Assembly (NCBI GenBank): GCA_963815115.1
Contig: CAWFFN010000009.1
Span: 1,728,001-1,792,000 of the forward strand
DNA: 64,000 bases
Source: an uncultured delta proteobacterium
GTDB lineage: Bacteria > Desulfobacterota > Binatia > DP-6
Reading direction: 5' to 3'
Shown here: in pieces, positions 10,879 to 20,728 of the stretch
Numbering within the stretch: the first letter of the stretch is position 1
How the letters are laid out: each line of letters opens with the position of its first letter
Notes under the pieces: generated by a model
What the model saw: only the letters and a program-made list of their open reading frames with translations
Told to the model about the DNA's origin: nothing
Database searches by the model: none
Translations under genes and position numbers: made by a program

Positions 10879-12399
10879 CTACCCCGCTGCGTGCAGCGTG
10901 CGGCGGGTCGGATCCGCGGCCGGCGCGACCGGCGCACGATTGCCGAAGACGAGGGCGCCGTCCTCGAGCGGGCCGAGACGGATCATCTTCTTGTCCCGCG
11001 AGTAGTTCTGCGGGTTGATCCAGGGCTCGCGGTCCCCCTGCTTGGGGAAGCGGTGCATCACCCGTTGCATGTAGCCGGACGAGAACTGGTCGATCCAGGG
11101 GCGGGGCGGCATGTCGCGGTCCGTGTCGCGCAGCCGCGGCGTCACCTGGCGCACGCCGCTCTCGTCCATGTGGTTGATGAGCCGGCAGGCGTATTCGGCG
11201 GTCAGGTCCGCCCGGAGCGTCCACGAGGCGTTGATGTAGCCGAACGTGGAGATCAGGTTCGGCACGCCCGAGTACATCATGCCCTTGTAGGTCCACGTCT
11301 GCGCGAAATCGACGGGCGCGCCGTCGACCGTGAACCGCATCTCGCCGAGCACCACGAGGTTCAGGCCCGTTGCGGTCACGATGATGTCGGCGTCCAGCTC
11401 CCTGCCGGACGCGAGCGTGATGCCCGTCTCGGTGAAGCGTGCGATATGGTCCGTGACGATCGACGCCTTGCCGGACCGGATTGCCTCGAACAGATCGCTG
11501 TTCGGCACGAGGCAGAGGCGCTGGTCCCAGGGGTTGTACCGGGGCGTGAAGTGGGTGGCGACATCGTAGTCCGGGCCGAGCTCCTTCCTCACCATGTCGA
11601 GGAGCTTTCGCTTGACCTGCGCGGGATGGGTACGCGTGCGGCGGTACAGGAGCTGCTGCAGCGCGACGTTCTTCCAGCGCGTGACGGCGTAGGCCCAGCG
11701 GTCCGGCAGCACCCGGCGCAGCGCGTTCGCGATCACGTCGGTGTCGGGCCGGGACACCACGTAGGTCGGCGAGCGCTGCAGCATGATGATGTGGCCGGCG
11801 TCCCGCGCCATCGCGGGCACGAGCGTCATCGCCGTCGCCCCGGAGCCGATCACCACCACCCGCTTGCCCCGGTAGTCCAGATCGTCCGGCCACTGCTGGG
11901 GATGGACGATGGTGCCCTTGAACCGCTCCAGGCCCTCGAACTCGGGCGTGTGGCCCTGCCGGTAGCTGTAGTAGCCCGCGCACATGAGGAGGAAATTGCA
12001 GGTGAAGCGGACGCTCTCGCCCGTGTCCGCCCGCAGCGTCTGGACGGTCCAGGCGGCATCCTCGCTCGACCAGGCGGCCGCCGTCGCCCGGTGCTCGTAG
12101 CGGATGTGCTCGTCCACGCCGTACTCGGCGGCGGTCGCCTTCACGTAGTCGAGGATCGAGGAGCCGTCGGCAATGGCCTTCGCCTCGCGCCAGGGTTTGA
12201 AGCTGTAGCCGAGCGTATGCATGTCGCTGTCCGACCGCACGCCCGGGTAGCGGAAGAGATCCCACGTGCCGCCCATGGCTGGGCGACCTTCCAGGATGAC
12301 GTAGCGCTTGTCCGGGCAGGCCCGGTGCAGATGAACGGCGGCTCCCACTCCGGACAGGCCGGCGCCCACGATGAGTACGTCGAAGTGTTCCGTCGCCAT
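10879..12399 (-). CDS. ethA: FAD-containing Baeyer-Villiger monooxygenase (EthA-like)
   Basis: GAGLSG, GGTWDLFRYPGVRSDSD, FKGTIVHPQQWP, IGSGATA, PRYNPWDQRLC. Confidence 0.85.
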   Translation of the reverse strand: MATEHFDVLIVGAGLSGVGAAVHLHRACPDKRYVILEGRPAMGGTWDLFRYPGVRSDSDMHTLGYSFKPWREAKAIADGSSILDYVKATAAEYGVDEHIRYEHRATAAAWSSEDAAWTVQTLRADTGESVRFTCNFLLMCAGYYSYRQGHTPEFEGLERFKGTIVHPQQWPDDLDYRGKRVVVIGSGATAMTLVPAMARDAGHIIMLQRSPTYVVSRPDTDVIANALRRVLPDRWAYAVTRWKNVALQQLLYRRTRTHPAQVKRKLLDMVRKELGPDYDVATHFTPRYNPWDQRLCLVPNSDLFEAIRSGKASIVTDHIARFTETGITLASGRELDADIIVTATGLNLVVLGEMRFTVDGAPVDFAQTWTYKGMMYSGVPNLISTFGYINASWTLRADLTAEYACRLINHMDESGVRQVTPRLRDTDRDMPPRPWIDQFSSGYMQRVMHRFPKQGDREPWINPQNYSRDKKMIRLGPLEDGALVFGNRAPVAPAADPTRRTLHAAG

Positions 12400-12626
12400 G
12401 TCGCTTTTCATCCTCACCTGTCGGACCTCAGCTGTCGCACGCATCCAGGAGGCTCGTCCATCCTGCAGACGACCCCAGGAAGCGGTCTGGGGACCGTAGC
12501 GCGGATGTCTCCCACAGGGAAGCAACGATACGGCCGTCACCCGGCCGTTGCCCCCGTCACGGCGTGGCGCTAAAGGTCCGGCGGTGAGCGTCGTGCGAGC
12601 GAGCGCTCGCGAGGAGGTGGCGATTC

Positions 12627-13073
12627 ATGCCGAAGAAGGTACGACCGATCCCCAAGGGTTATCACGCGGTCAGTCCGTCGCTGACGCAGGACGACGCCGG
12701 GCAGACGATCGAGTTCTGCAAGAAGGCGTTCGGCGCGAAGGTGCTCATGCGGATGCAAGGGCCGAGCGGCAAGATCATGCACGCCGAGGTCCTGATCGGT
12801 GACTCCATCGTCATGCTGAACGACGTGATCCAGGAGCCGGCCCAGGCGGCGAACCTCTTTCTCTACGTCCAGGATGTCGACAAGACCGTCGCCCGAGCGA
12901 GCAAGGCCGGGGCGACGGTCCTCATGCCGCCGCAGGACATGTTCTGGGGCGACCGCTTCGGTCGGATCCAGGATCCCTCGGGCAACCGGTGGGGCATCGC
13001 GACGCACCGCGAGGACGTGCCCCCGAAGGAGATGAAGAAGCGCGCGGCGGCGGCATTCTCGGCCGCGGGATGA
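12627..13073 (+). CDS. VOC/glyoxalase (PhnB-like) protein
   Basis: PIPKGYHAVSP...IMHAEVLIGDS...DMFWGDRFGRIQDPSGNRW; GAGGAGG RBS. Confidence 0.9.
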   Translation: MPKKVRPIPKGYHAVSPSLTQDDAGQTIEFCKKAFGAKVLMRMQGPSGKIMHAEVLIGDSIVMLNDVIQEPAQAANLFLYVQDVDKTVARASKAGATVLMPPQDMFWGDRFGRIQDPSGNRWGIATHREDVPPKEMKKRAAAAFSAAG

Positions 13074-13287
13074 GCGGCGCCGCGGGGCCCCGCCGCCCGC
13101 GGTGTTAGGCCAGCGAGCCGGGGTGGGGTGCCGATGTGCCGGCACGGACGGCGTGGGTCGCCAGCGCCTGAGCTTCGCAAGGGCCAGGCGGCCCTGCGCC
13201 GATCCTCCGGCCGCCCCTTCCGCGACGGGGCGGCAGGAGCGCGAGGTCACGCGCACGCTCGAGACGACGATCTACGGGAGGGCATGA

Positions 13288-13303
13288 CGGCATGGAGCTT
13301 GCT
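13288..13303 (+). promoter_or_regulatory. Putative sigma54 (-24/-12) promoter of the transhydrogenase operon
   Basis: CGGCATGGAGCTTGCT has GG-N10-GC spacing and the TTGCW element; it lies just upstream of the GGAG RBS and ATG 13331. Confidence 0.55.
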
Positions 13304-13330
13304 GCCACCCCAGGAGCCACGGAGATGCAG

Positions 13331-14500
13331 ATGCCAGGGCCGCAACGAGATCCGCTGACGATCGCGGTTCCGAGAGAGATTGCGCCGGGCGAGCACCGCG
13401 TGGCGCTGACGCCGGATGCGGCCGCCGCGCTGGTCAAGGCCGGGATGAAGATCGTCATCGAGACGGGGGCGGGCGCCGGCGCGTTCCATTCCGACGCCGC
13501 CTTCGAGAAGGCTGGCGCGCGCATCGCGCCCGACGCGGAGGCGCTCTATGCAGGGGCGGACGTCATCCTCAAGGTGCAGAAGCCCGCGCCTGGTGAAGTG
13601 AGCCGGCTGCGCGAGAACGCCGTGCTGGTGGCGTTCCTGCAGCCGCTCACGAGCCCAGACCTCGTGCAGCAGCTGGCCGATCGACGGGTCACCGGCTTCG
13701 CCATGGAGGCGATCCCCCGCATCAGTCGTGCGCAGAAGATGGACGCGCTGTCGTCGCAGGCCAACATCGCCGGCTACAGGGCGGTCCTCATCGCGGCCGA
13801 GTCGCTGGCGAAGTTCTTTCCCATGCTCATGACGGCGGCCGGTACGGTCTTCGCCGCCCGTGTGCTCGTGATCGGCGCTGGCGTGGCCGGACTGCAGGCG
13901 ATCGCAACGGCGCGCAGGCTCGGAGCCCAGGTCTGGGGCTACGACGTCCGACCCGCGGTGAAGGAGCAGGTGGAGAGCCTGGGCGCGAAGTTCCTCGAAT
14001 TCGACCTGCGCATCGCCGACGCCGAGGACAAGGGTGGCTATGCGACGGCGCTGTCCGAGGACACGGGCCGCCGGCAGCAGGAGATGCTCGGCGAGAAGAT
14101 CCGGGACTTCGACGTGGTCGTGACCACGGCGCTGGTCCCCGGCAGGCCCGCGCCGCGCCTGGTCACGAAGGAGACCGTCGCGGGGATGCGGGCCGGCTCG
14201 GTGATCGTCGACGTCGCCGCCGAGGCCGGCGGCAACTGCGAGCTGACCGAGCCCGACAGGGTGGTCGTCACGCACGGCGTGACCATCCACGGCCCGACCA
14301 ACCTGCCCGCCACGATGCCGGTGCACGCCAGCCAGCTGTACGCGCGCAACGTGACGGAGCTGCTCAATGAGCTCGTCAAGGACGGTGCGCTGGCGCTCGA
14401 CTTCGACGACGAGATCATCAAGGCCGCCTGCGTCACGCACGCCGGGGCGGTCGTCAGCCAGGCGGTCCAGGCCGCGCTGGCGGCGGGCAAGCCGGCATGA
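13331..14500 (+). CDS. pntAA: NAD(P) transhydrogenase subunit alpha part 1 (domain I)
   Basis: EHRVALTP, RAQKMDALSSQANIAGY, FFPMLMTAAGT, GAGVAGLQAIATARRLGA, GGNCE. Confidence 0.95.
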   Translation: MPGPQRDPLTIAVPREIAPGEHRVALTPDAAAALVKAGMKIVIETGAGAGAFHSDAAFEKAGARIAPDAEALYAGADVILKVQKPAPGEVSRLRENAVLVAFLQPLTSPDLVQQLADRRVTGFAMEAIPRISRAQKMDALSSQANIAGYRAVLIAAESLAKFFPMLMTAAGTVFAARVLVIGAGVAGLQAIATARRLGAQVWGYDVRPAVKEQVESLGAKFLEFDLRIADAEDKGGYATALSEDTGRRQQEMLGEKIRDFDVVVTTALVPGRPAPRLVTKETVAGMRAGSVIVDVAAEAGGNCELTEPDRVVVTHGVTIHGPTNLPATMPVHASQLYARNVTELLNELVKDGALALDFDDEIIKAACVTHAGAVVSQAVQAALAAGKPA

Positions 14501-16317
14501 CGAGCGAGCTCGAAGTCGGCCTCTACATCTTCATGCTGGCCGGGTTCCTCGGCTATCATCTCATCACCCGCGTCCCGCCCCTCCTGCACACGCCGCTCAT
14601 GTCGGCGACCAACGCGATCGCGGCGATCTCGCTGGTCGGCTCGCTCGTGGTGGCGGGCAGCGACTACAGCGACGTTCCGAACGGCTGGGTGTGCACGCTT
14701 CTCGGCTTCGTCGCGGTGACCTGCTCGTCCACGAACGCCATCGGCGGCTTCCTGATCACCGACCGCATGCTGCGGATGTTCAAGACCGCGGAGGAGCGCG
14801 CGCGAGGGATCCGGCGCCCGGTCGAGCTGCAGGCGGCCGGCTTCGTGCTCGCCGTCTTCGGCGCCGTCGCGGCCCTCCTCTACTGGACGAAGCCTGCCGG
14901 GATGGCGATGGGGGACTACCTCCGCGATTACGTCGCCCCCGAGGCGCTGCGCTACTGCTACATCCTGTCGGCAGCGATGTTCGTGCTCGGGCTGAAGGGC
15001 CTGAGCTCGCCCAAGTGGGCGCGTTCGGGAATGGCGCTGGCGGCGTTCGGGATGCTCATCGCCGTCGTGGGCACCCTCTTCCACCCGCACATCGTGACGT
15101 ATCGATGGATCGCGCTCGGCTTCACGATCGGGGCCGTGGTCGGAGGCACGATGGGTCTCCGCATCCCGATGACCGCAGTGCCGCAGCGCACGGCCCTGTC
15201 GCACTCCCTGGGGGCGCTCGCTGCCTGCCTCGTGGGTATCTCCGAGTACTTCCGCTACCAGGGGGCGCTCGGCCGCGTGACGCTGACGGCGCTCGTCTTC
15301 GAGGTCGTGATCGGCGGTCTGACCTTCGCGGGCAGCCTGATCGCAGCGGCCAAGCTCCAGGAGCTGCTGCGCGGGCGGCCGATCACGTACCGCGGCCAGA
15401 ACGTGATCAGCCTGACCCTGCTCGGCATCATCGTCGCCTCGGGGGTCCACCTCGTCGTCACGCAGGCGGCGACGCCGTTCTTCTACGTGATGGTCGCGAT
15501 GTCGCTGATCTTCGGCCTGCTGCTCGTCATCCCGATCGGTGCCGCCGACATGCCGGTGGTGATCGCGCTCCTCAACTCGTACGGCGGGCTCGCCGACGCC
15601 GCGATGGGCTTCGTGCTGATGAACAAGATCCAGATCATCACGGGCTCGCTGGACGGGACCTCGGGGTTCCTGCTCGCGCTGCTCATGTGCCGTGCGATGA
15701 ACCGCTCGGCAGTGAACGTGCTGTTCGGCGCATTCGGCAGGGTGTCGGAGGATGCGGTGGCGGCCGCCGCCGAGGCGAAGGGCACGGTGCGCAGCATCGC
15801 GCCCGAGGAGACGGCCGTCCTCTTCGAGACGGCCCGCAACGTCGTGATCGTACCCGGCTACGGGATGGCCGTCGCGCAAGCGCAGCACGCGGTGGCCGAG
15901 CTGGGCAAGATACTGAAGGAGCGCGGAGTCGACGTGAAGTACGCCATCCATCCCGTCGCCGGACGGATGCCGGGCCACATGAACGTGCTCCTGGCCGAGG
16001 CCAACGTCCCCTACGAGCAGCTCGTCGAGATGGAGGCGATCAACCCGTCCTTCCCGGAGGCCGACATCGCGCTCGTCGTGGGCGCCAACGACGTCACCAA
16101 CCCCGCGGCCAAGAGCAACAAGTCGAGCCCCCTCTTCGGCATGCCCATCCTGGAAGTCGACCGCGCGAAGTCCATCATCGTGCTGAAGCGCAGCATGCGT
16201 CCGGGCTTCGCCGGTGTCGACAACGACCTGTACTACGACGAGAAGTGCATGATGCTCTTCGGCGACGCCAAGGACAGCGTCACCAAGCTCATCACCGAGA
16301 TGAAGTCGCTGCTGTGA
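14497..16317 (+). CDS. pntB: Fused NAD(P) transhydrogenase alpha part 2 and beta subunit (PntAB-PntB)
   Basis: N-terminal LHTPLMSATNAI...TDRMLRMFK (PntAB), a linker, then the beta motifs SHSLG, GAADMPVVIALLNSY, AMNRS, VPGYGMAVAQAQH and HPVAGRMPGHMNVLLAEA, all in one 606-aa frame. ATGA overlap with pntAA. Confidence 0.92.
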   Translation: MTSELEVGLYIFMLAGFLGYHLITRVPPLLHTPLMSATNAIAAISLVGSLVVAGSDYSDVPNGWVCTLLGFVAVTCSSTNAIGGFLITDRMLRMFKTAEERARGIRRPVELQAAGFVLAVFGAVAALLYWTKPAGMAMGDYLRDYVAPEALRYCYILSAAMFVLGLKGLSSPKWARSGMALAAFGMLIAVVGTLFHPHIVTYRWIALGFTIGAVVGGTMGLRIPMTAVPQRTALSHSLGALAACLVGISEYFRYQGALGRVTLTALVFEVVIGGLTFAGSLIAAAKLQELLRGRPITYRGQNVISLTLLGIIVASGVHLVVTQAATPFFYVMVAMSLIFGLLLVIPIGAADMPVVIALLNSYGGLADAAMGFVLMNKIQIITGSLDGTSGFLLALLMCRAMNRSAVNVLFGAFGRVSEDAVAAAAEAKGTVRSIAPEETAVLFETARNVVIVPGYGMAVAQAQHAVAELGKILKERGVDVKYAIHPVAGRMPGHMNVLLAEANVPYEQLVEMEAINPSFPEADIALVVGANDVTNPAAKSNKSSPLFGMPILEVDRAKSIIVLKRSMRPGFAGVDNDLYYDEKCMMLFGDAKDSVTKLITEMKSLL

Positions 16318-16479
16318 AGGGTGCGGCCGGGCGGCCGTTACCGAGGCGGTCGGTAGACGGTCCCGGACGGGCCATCGGAAAACTCCATTTTTGGTCGTGA
16401 CTCTGGGACGGTCGGCGAGTACAGGGAGTAAGAGGCCTCGCGCACCGTCGTGTGACCTTCAACCTCGAAGGAGACTCCG

Positions 16480-19400
16480 ATGTACGACCGGCCAGTCGAC
16501 TCCAAGCCCCAGCCATTCAGCCGGCAGACGGTGGCGAAAACGTCCCGGCTCCGCGGGGCAACGGTCACCGAGAGCGTCTGCCCGTACTGTGCCGTCGGCT
16601 GCGGCCAGCTCATCTACGCCAAGGGCGGGCAACTCATCGACATCGAGGGAAACCCAGAAGCCCCATCAACGAGGGCACCCTGTGCCCGAAGGGCGCGAAC
16701 GCCTTCCAGCTCGCCGTCAATCCCCACCGCGTCACGCAGGTCCTCTACCGAGCACCGTTCTCCGATCACTGGGAGACCAAGCCGCTCGACTGGGCGATGG
16801 ACCAGATCGCCGACCGGGTGAAGGCCGCGCGGGACGCGGACTTCACGGGCCGCAACGAGGCGGGCCGCCTGCTCAACTCGGTGCGCAGCATCGGCACCCT
16901 CGGCGGGGCGACCATCGACAACGAGGAGAACTACCTCATCAAGAAGCTGTTCGGTGCCGGGCTCGGCGTGGTGTCGATCGAGAACCAGGCCCGGATTTGA
17001 CACTCCGCTTCGGTGCCCGGTCTGGGCGCCTCGTTCGGCCGCGGCGCGGCCACCACCTACCAGCAGGATCTGGCCAACAGCGACTGCATCCTGTTCATGG
17101 GCTCGAACATGGCGGAAGCCCACCCCGTGGGTTTCCGCTGGCCGATGAAGGCCAAGGAGAAGGGTGCGACGTTGATCCACGTCGACCCCCGCTTCACACG
17201 CACGTCGGCGCTGTGCGACGTCTTCGTGAACATCCGCGCGGGCAGCGACGTCGCCTTCCTCGGTGGGCTCGTGAACTACGTCCTGAGCAACGACCGCTGG
17301 TTCCACGAGTACGTCCTCAACTACACCAACGCGTCGACCATCATCCTCGGGGGCTTCAAGGACACCGAGGATATGGCGGGGCTGTTCAGCGGGTACAGCG
17401 GGGACGGAGAGAGCGGCACGTACGACGCCGTGGAGGGACACTGGGGCTACGACGGGTGCGGGGATGGAGCTGGTCCCGCAGGGAGCGGTCAGCGGCCCCG
17501 GTCGAGGATGCTGAAAGGAGAGCACGGGATTCAAGGTCACGACCTCGACGTGGGAGGCCTCTCGCACTCCGGGCAGCGCCGGCACATGACGACGCACCCG
17601 GACGGCGAGCTGCCGCACGACCCGACGTTGCAGCATCCGCGCTGCGTCCTCCAGATCCTCAAGCGCCACTTCGCCCGGTACACGCCGGAGGCCGTCTCCG
17701 AGGTGTGCGGCTGCACCCCGGGCGAGCTCGTGCGTGTGGCGGAGATCCTCTGCGCCAGCTCCGGGCGCGAGCGGACCTGCTCCATCGTCTATGCGCTGGG
17801 GTGGACGCAGCACACCACGGGCGTCCAGATGATCCGCACCGCCGGCATCCTCCAGCTGCTGCTCGGAAACATGGGCCGGCCGGGCGGTGGGATCATGGCC
17901 ATGCGCGGCCACTCCACCATCCAGGGCTCGACCGATCTCGCGACCCTGTACGACGTGTTACCGGGCTACCTGCCGCAGCCGGCCGCCGATGAAGAGCACG
18001 AGACGCTGGCATCCTACGTCGAGCACGAGGGCCTGCCCACGGGCTACTGGGTGAACTTCCGCAAGTTCATCGTGAGCCAGCTCAAGGCCTGGTACGGCGA
18101 CGCCGCGACGGCGGAGAACGACTTCGCCTTCTCGTGGCTGCCGCGCGTGGACGGCGACTACTCGCAGCTGCTGTACTTCGACCGGATGGCGCGTGGCGGG
18201 GTCACGGGCTACTTCCTCTTCGGGCAGAACCCCGGCGGCGGCGGGCCCAACGCCGGTCTGCACCGGACGGGCCTGCGCAACCTCGACTGGCTGGTGGTCC
18301 TCGACTGGTTCGAGACCGAGAGCGCGGTCTTCTGGAAGAACGACCCGAACGCGCCGCGGAGCGACGAGATCAAGACCGAGGTCTTCTTCATTCCCGCGGC
18401 CGCGTCACCGGAGAAGGAGGGCAGCCTCACCAACACCCAGCGGATGCTCCAGTGGCACGAGAAGGCCATCGACCCGCTCGGCGACTGCCGCTCGGACGCG
18501 TGGTTCGTCTACAACCTGGGCAAGCGACTGAAGCAGCTCTACGCCGGCTCGGCCGACCCGAAGGACCAGCCGTTGCTCCACCTCACGTGGGACTACGACT
18601 TCGACGAGCGCCCGCGCCTGCCCGACGGCACGCTCAGCCGGATCGAGGGCGAACCGGATCTGGAGAAGGTGCTCCAGGAGATCAACGGCTGTCATCTGCA
18701 CGAGATCGACCCGCGCACCGGCCGGCCCCGCCTGGCGGCCAGCTTCGCCGAGCTGCAGGACGACGGCTCGACGGCGTCGGGCTGCTGGATCTACACCGGC
18801 GTCTTTCCCGACCCGGGCCGCAACCGGGCGCGCGAGCGCACGCTCACCGACAACCCCCTCCAGCCCGAATGGGGCTTCGCGTGGCCCGACAACCGCCGGA
18901 CGCTCTACAACCGCGCCTCGGCAGATCCCGACGGGCGGCCGTGGTCCGAGCGCAAGAAGCTCGTCTGGTGGGACGAGGAGTCGCGCCGCTGGGTGGGCCT
19001 CGATCGGCCGGATTTCGAGCCGGAGAAGCCGCCGGACTACCGCCCGCCGCGGCATGCGACCGGCATGGCCGCCATCGCGGGCAACCAGCCGTTCATCATG
19101 AAGCCCGACGGCCGTGGCTGGCTGTACGCCCCCGGCGCCGTCAAGGACGGCCCGCTGCCGACCCACTACGAGCCGGTCGAGTCGCCGGTGGGCAACCTGC
19201 TCTATCCGAAGCAGACGTGCAGCCCGACGGTGCGGACGTTCGAGGGACCGCTCAACCACCTCGCTCACACTCCGACGGCGGAGTACCCGGTCGTGGCCAC
19301 CACGTTCCGCCTCACCGAGCACTACCTGAGCGGGCCGATGAGCCGCTTCAACAGCTGGCTCAACGAGCTGCAGCCGGAGATGTTCGTCGAGCTGAGCCCG

Positions 19401-19790
19401 GAGCTGGCCGCCGATCGCGGCATCGCGCACGGCGGCTGGTTGACGGTCGAGTCGGCACGGGGCCGGATCGAGGCTCGCGCGATGGTGACGCGGCGGTTGC
19501 GGCCGCTGCTGGTCGAGGGCCGCACCGTCCACCAGGTCGGCCTCCCGTTCCACTGGGCTTTCGCCGGCGAGGTCGTCGGCGGCAACGCCAACGACCTGAC
19601 CTCGCTGGTGGCCGACCCCAACGTGAGCATGCACGAGGCGAAGGCGTTCGCCTGCCAGATCCACGCCGGCCGGCTGGACGGCCGCACGCCGACTCCGACG
19701 AAGAGCCCGGCGCCCTGGCCGACGCGCGACCCGGTCCCCGACACGCCGGCAGCCGCCCAGCCGGAAGGGAGGCTCGGCCGTGGCAAGTAA
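16480..19790 (+). CDS. fdhA: Selenocysteine-containing formate dehydrogenase alpha subunit (Mo/W-bisPGD); one apparent frameshift near 16655
   Basis: CPYCAVGC...GTLCPKG Fe-S motif; ENQARI-[TGA 16998-17000]-HSASVPGLGASFGRGA matches the FdnG active site NQARV-U-H; MGSNMAEAHP, RGHSTIQG, FRLTEHY. Confidence 0.92.
16998..17030 (+). promoter_or_regulatory. Bacterial SECIS element
   Basis: TGA, an 11-nt spacer (CACTCCGCTTC), then the hairpin GGTGCCC-GGTCT-GGGCGCC. This is the same geometry and GGTCT apex as the E. coli fdhF SECIS. Confidence 0.88.
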
Positions 19791-20727
19791 GGAACTGGAG
19801 GTGGTCCACCGCCCGCAGGCGGAGATCCCGCCGTCCCGCGGCCGCCTGCCGGCGTTGCTGGATCGCCTCGTCGGCCCGTTCCAGCGCGGCGAGGCCCCGG
19901 AGCGCCAGCCGGCGATGGGCTTCTACACCGACACCACGGTGTGCATCGGGTGCAAGGCGTGCGAGGTAGCATGCAAGCAGTGGAACCAGCTCCCCGCGGA
20001 CGGGTTCGGCTGGACGGGGAACAGCTACGACAACACGGGGGAGCTGTCGGCGACGTCCTGGCGGCACGTGAAGTTCGTCGAGCAGTTCGCGGACGGCCGG
20101 CCGCCGGAGCCGACCGGGAACGGGCGGGGGCCCGCGAACGCGCTCCCCGCCCAGCCGCCCGACGGCCGCTGGCTGATGATGAGCGACGTGTGCAAGCACT
20201 GCGCAGCGGCCCCGTGCCAGCAGGCGTGTCCGACCGGGGCGATCATCCACAACGAGTTCGCCAACGTCTACATCCAGCCGGACATCTGCAACGGGTGCGC
20301 CTACTGCGTTGCGGCCTGCCCGTTCGGAGTCATCACCCGGAGCACCTTCTCCGGCCGCGCCCACAAGTGCACGCTCTGCTACGACCGCCAGAAGGACGGG
20401 CTGGTCCCGGCGTGTGCGAAGGCGTGCCCGACGGCCTCGATCCAGTTCGGACCGATCGACGAGCTGCGCGAACGGGCCCGCAGCCGGGTGGACGAGCTGC
20501 ACCGGAGGGGCGTTCCCGGGGCGCACGTGTACGGGGCCGACCCGACGGAGACGTACACCGAGCTGCACTCGTTCTACCTGCTGGTCGACCGGCCCGAGGT
20601 CTACGGACTGCCGGAAGCCCCGTTCAACCCGTGGATACACCTGGCGGGGGATTACTTCCGGACGGCAATCGCCGGGGCGGTCACGCTCGCGGTGCCGCTC
20701 GCCGCGTTCCTGCTGTGGGGAGGCTGA
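19780..20727 (+). CDS. fdhB: Formate dehydrogenase iron-sulfur (beta) subunit with C-terminal membrane helix
   Basis: CIGCKACEVAC, CKHC...PCQQACP, CNGCAYCVAACP, KCTLC...PACAKACP; hydrophobic C-terminus. Confidence 0.92.
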   Translation: MASKELEVVHRPQAEIPPSRGRLPALLDRLVGPFQRGEAPERQPAMGFYTDTTVCIGCKACEVACKQWNQLPADGFGWTGNSYDNTGELSATSWRHVKFVEQFADGRPPEPTGNGRGPANALPAQPPDGRWLMMSDVCKHCAAAPCQQACPTGAIIHNEFANVYIQPDICNGCAYCVAACPFGVITRSTFSGRAHKCTLCYDRQKDGLVPACAKACPTASIQFGPIDELRERARSRVDELHRRGVPGAHVYGADPTETYTELHSFYLLVDRPEVYGLPEAPFNPWIHLAGDYFRTAIAGAVTLAVPLAAFLLWGG

Positions 20728-20728
20728 G

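Noticed and set aside
13074-13110. GTTAGGC after the VOC gene as a possible attC
   Set aside because: No RYYYAAC R'' box or L-box palindrome upstream.
16640-16670. Programmed ribosomal frameshift in fdhA (GGGAAACCC)
   Set aside because: Similar indels occur in many unrelated genes here and I know no precedent in FDH; sequencing error is simpler. Not fully excluded without reads.
16452-17013. fdhA as a pseudogene or as two separate genes
   Set aside because: The TGA is at the catalytic Sec position and has a SECIS; the upstream break is a one-base homopolymer indel.
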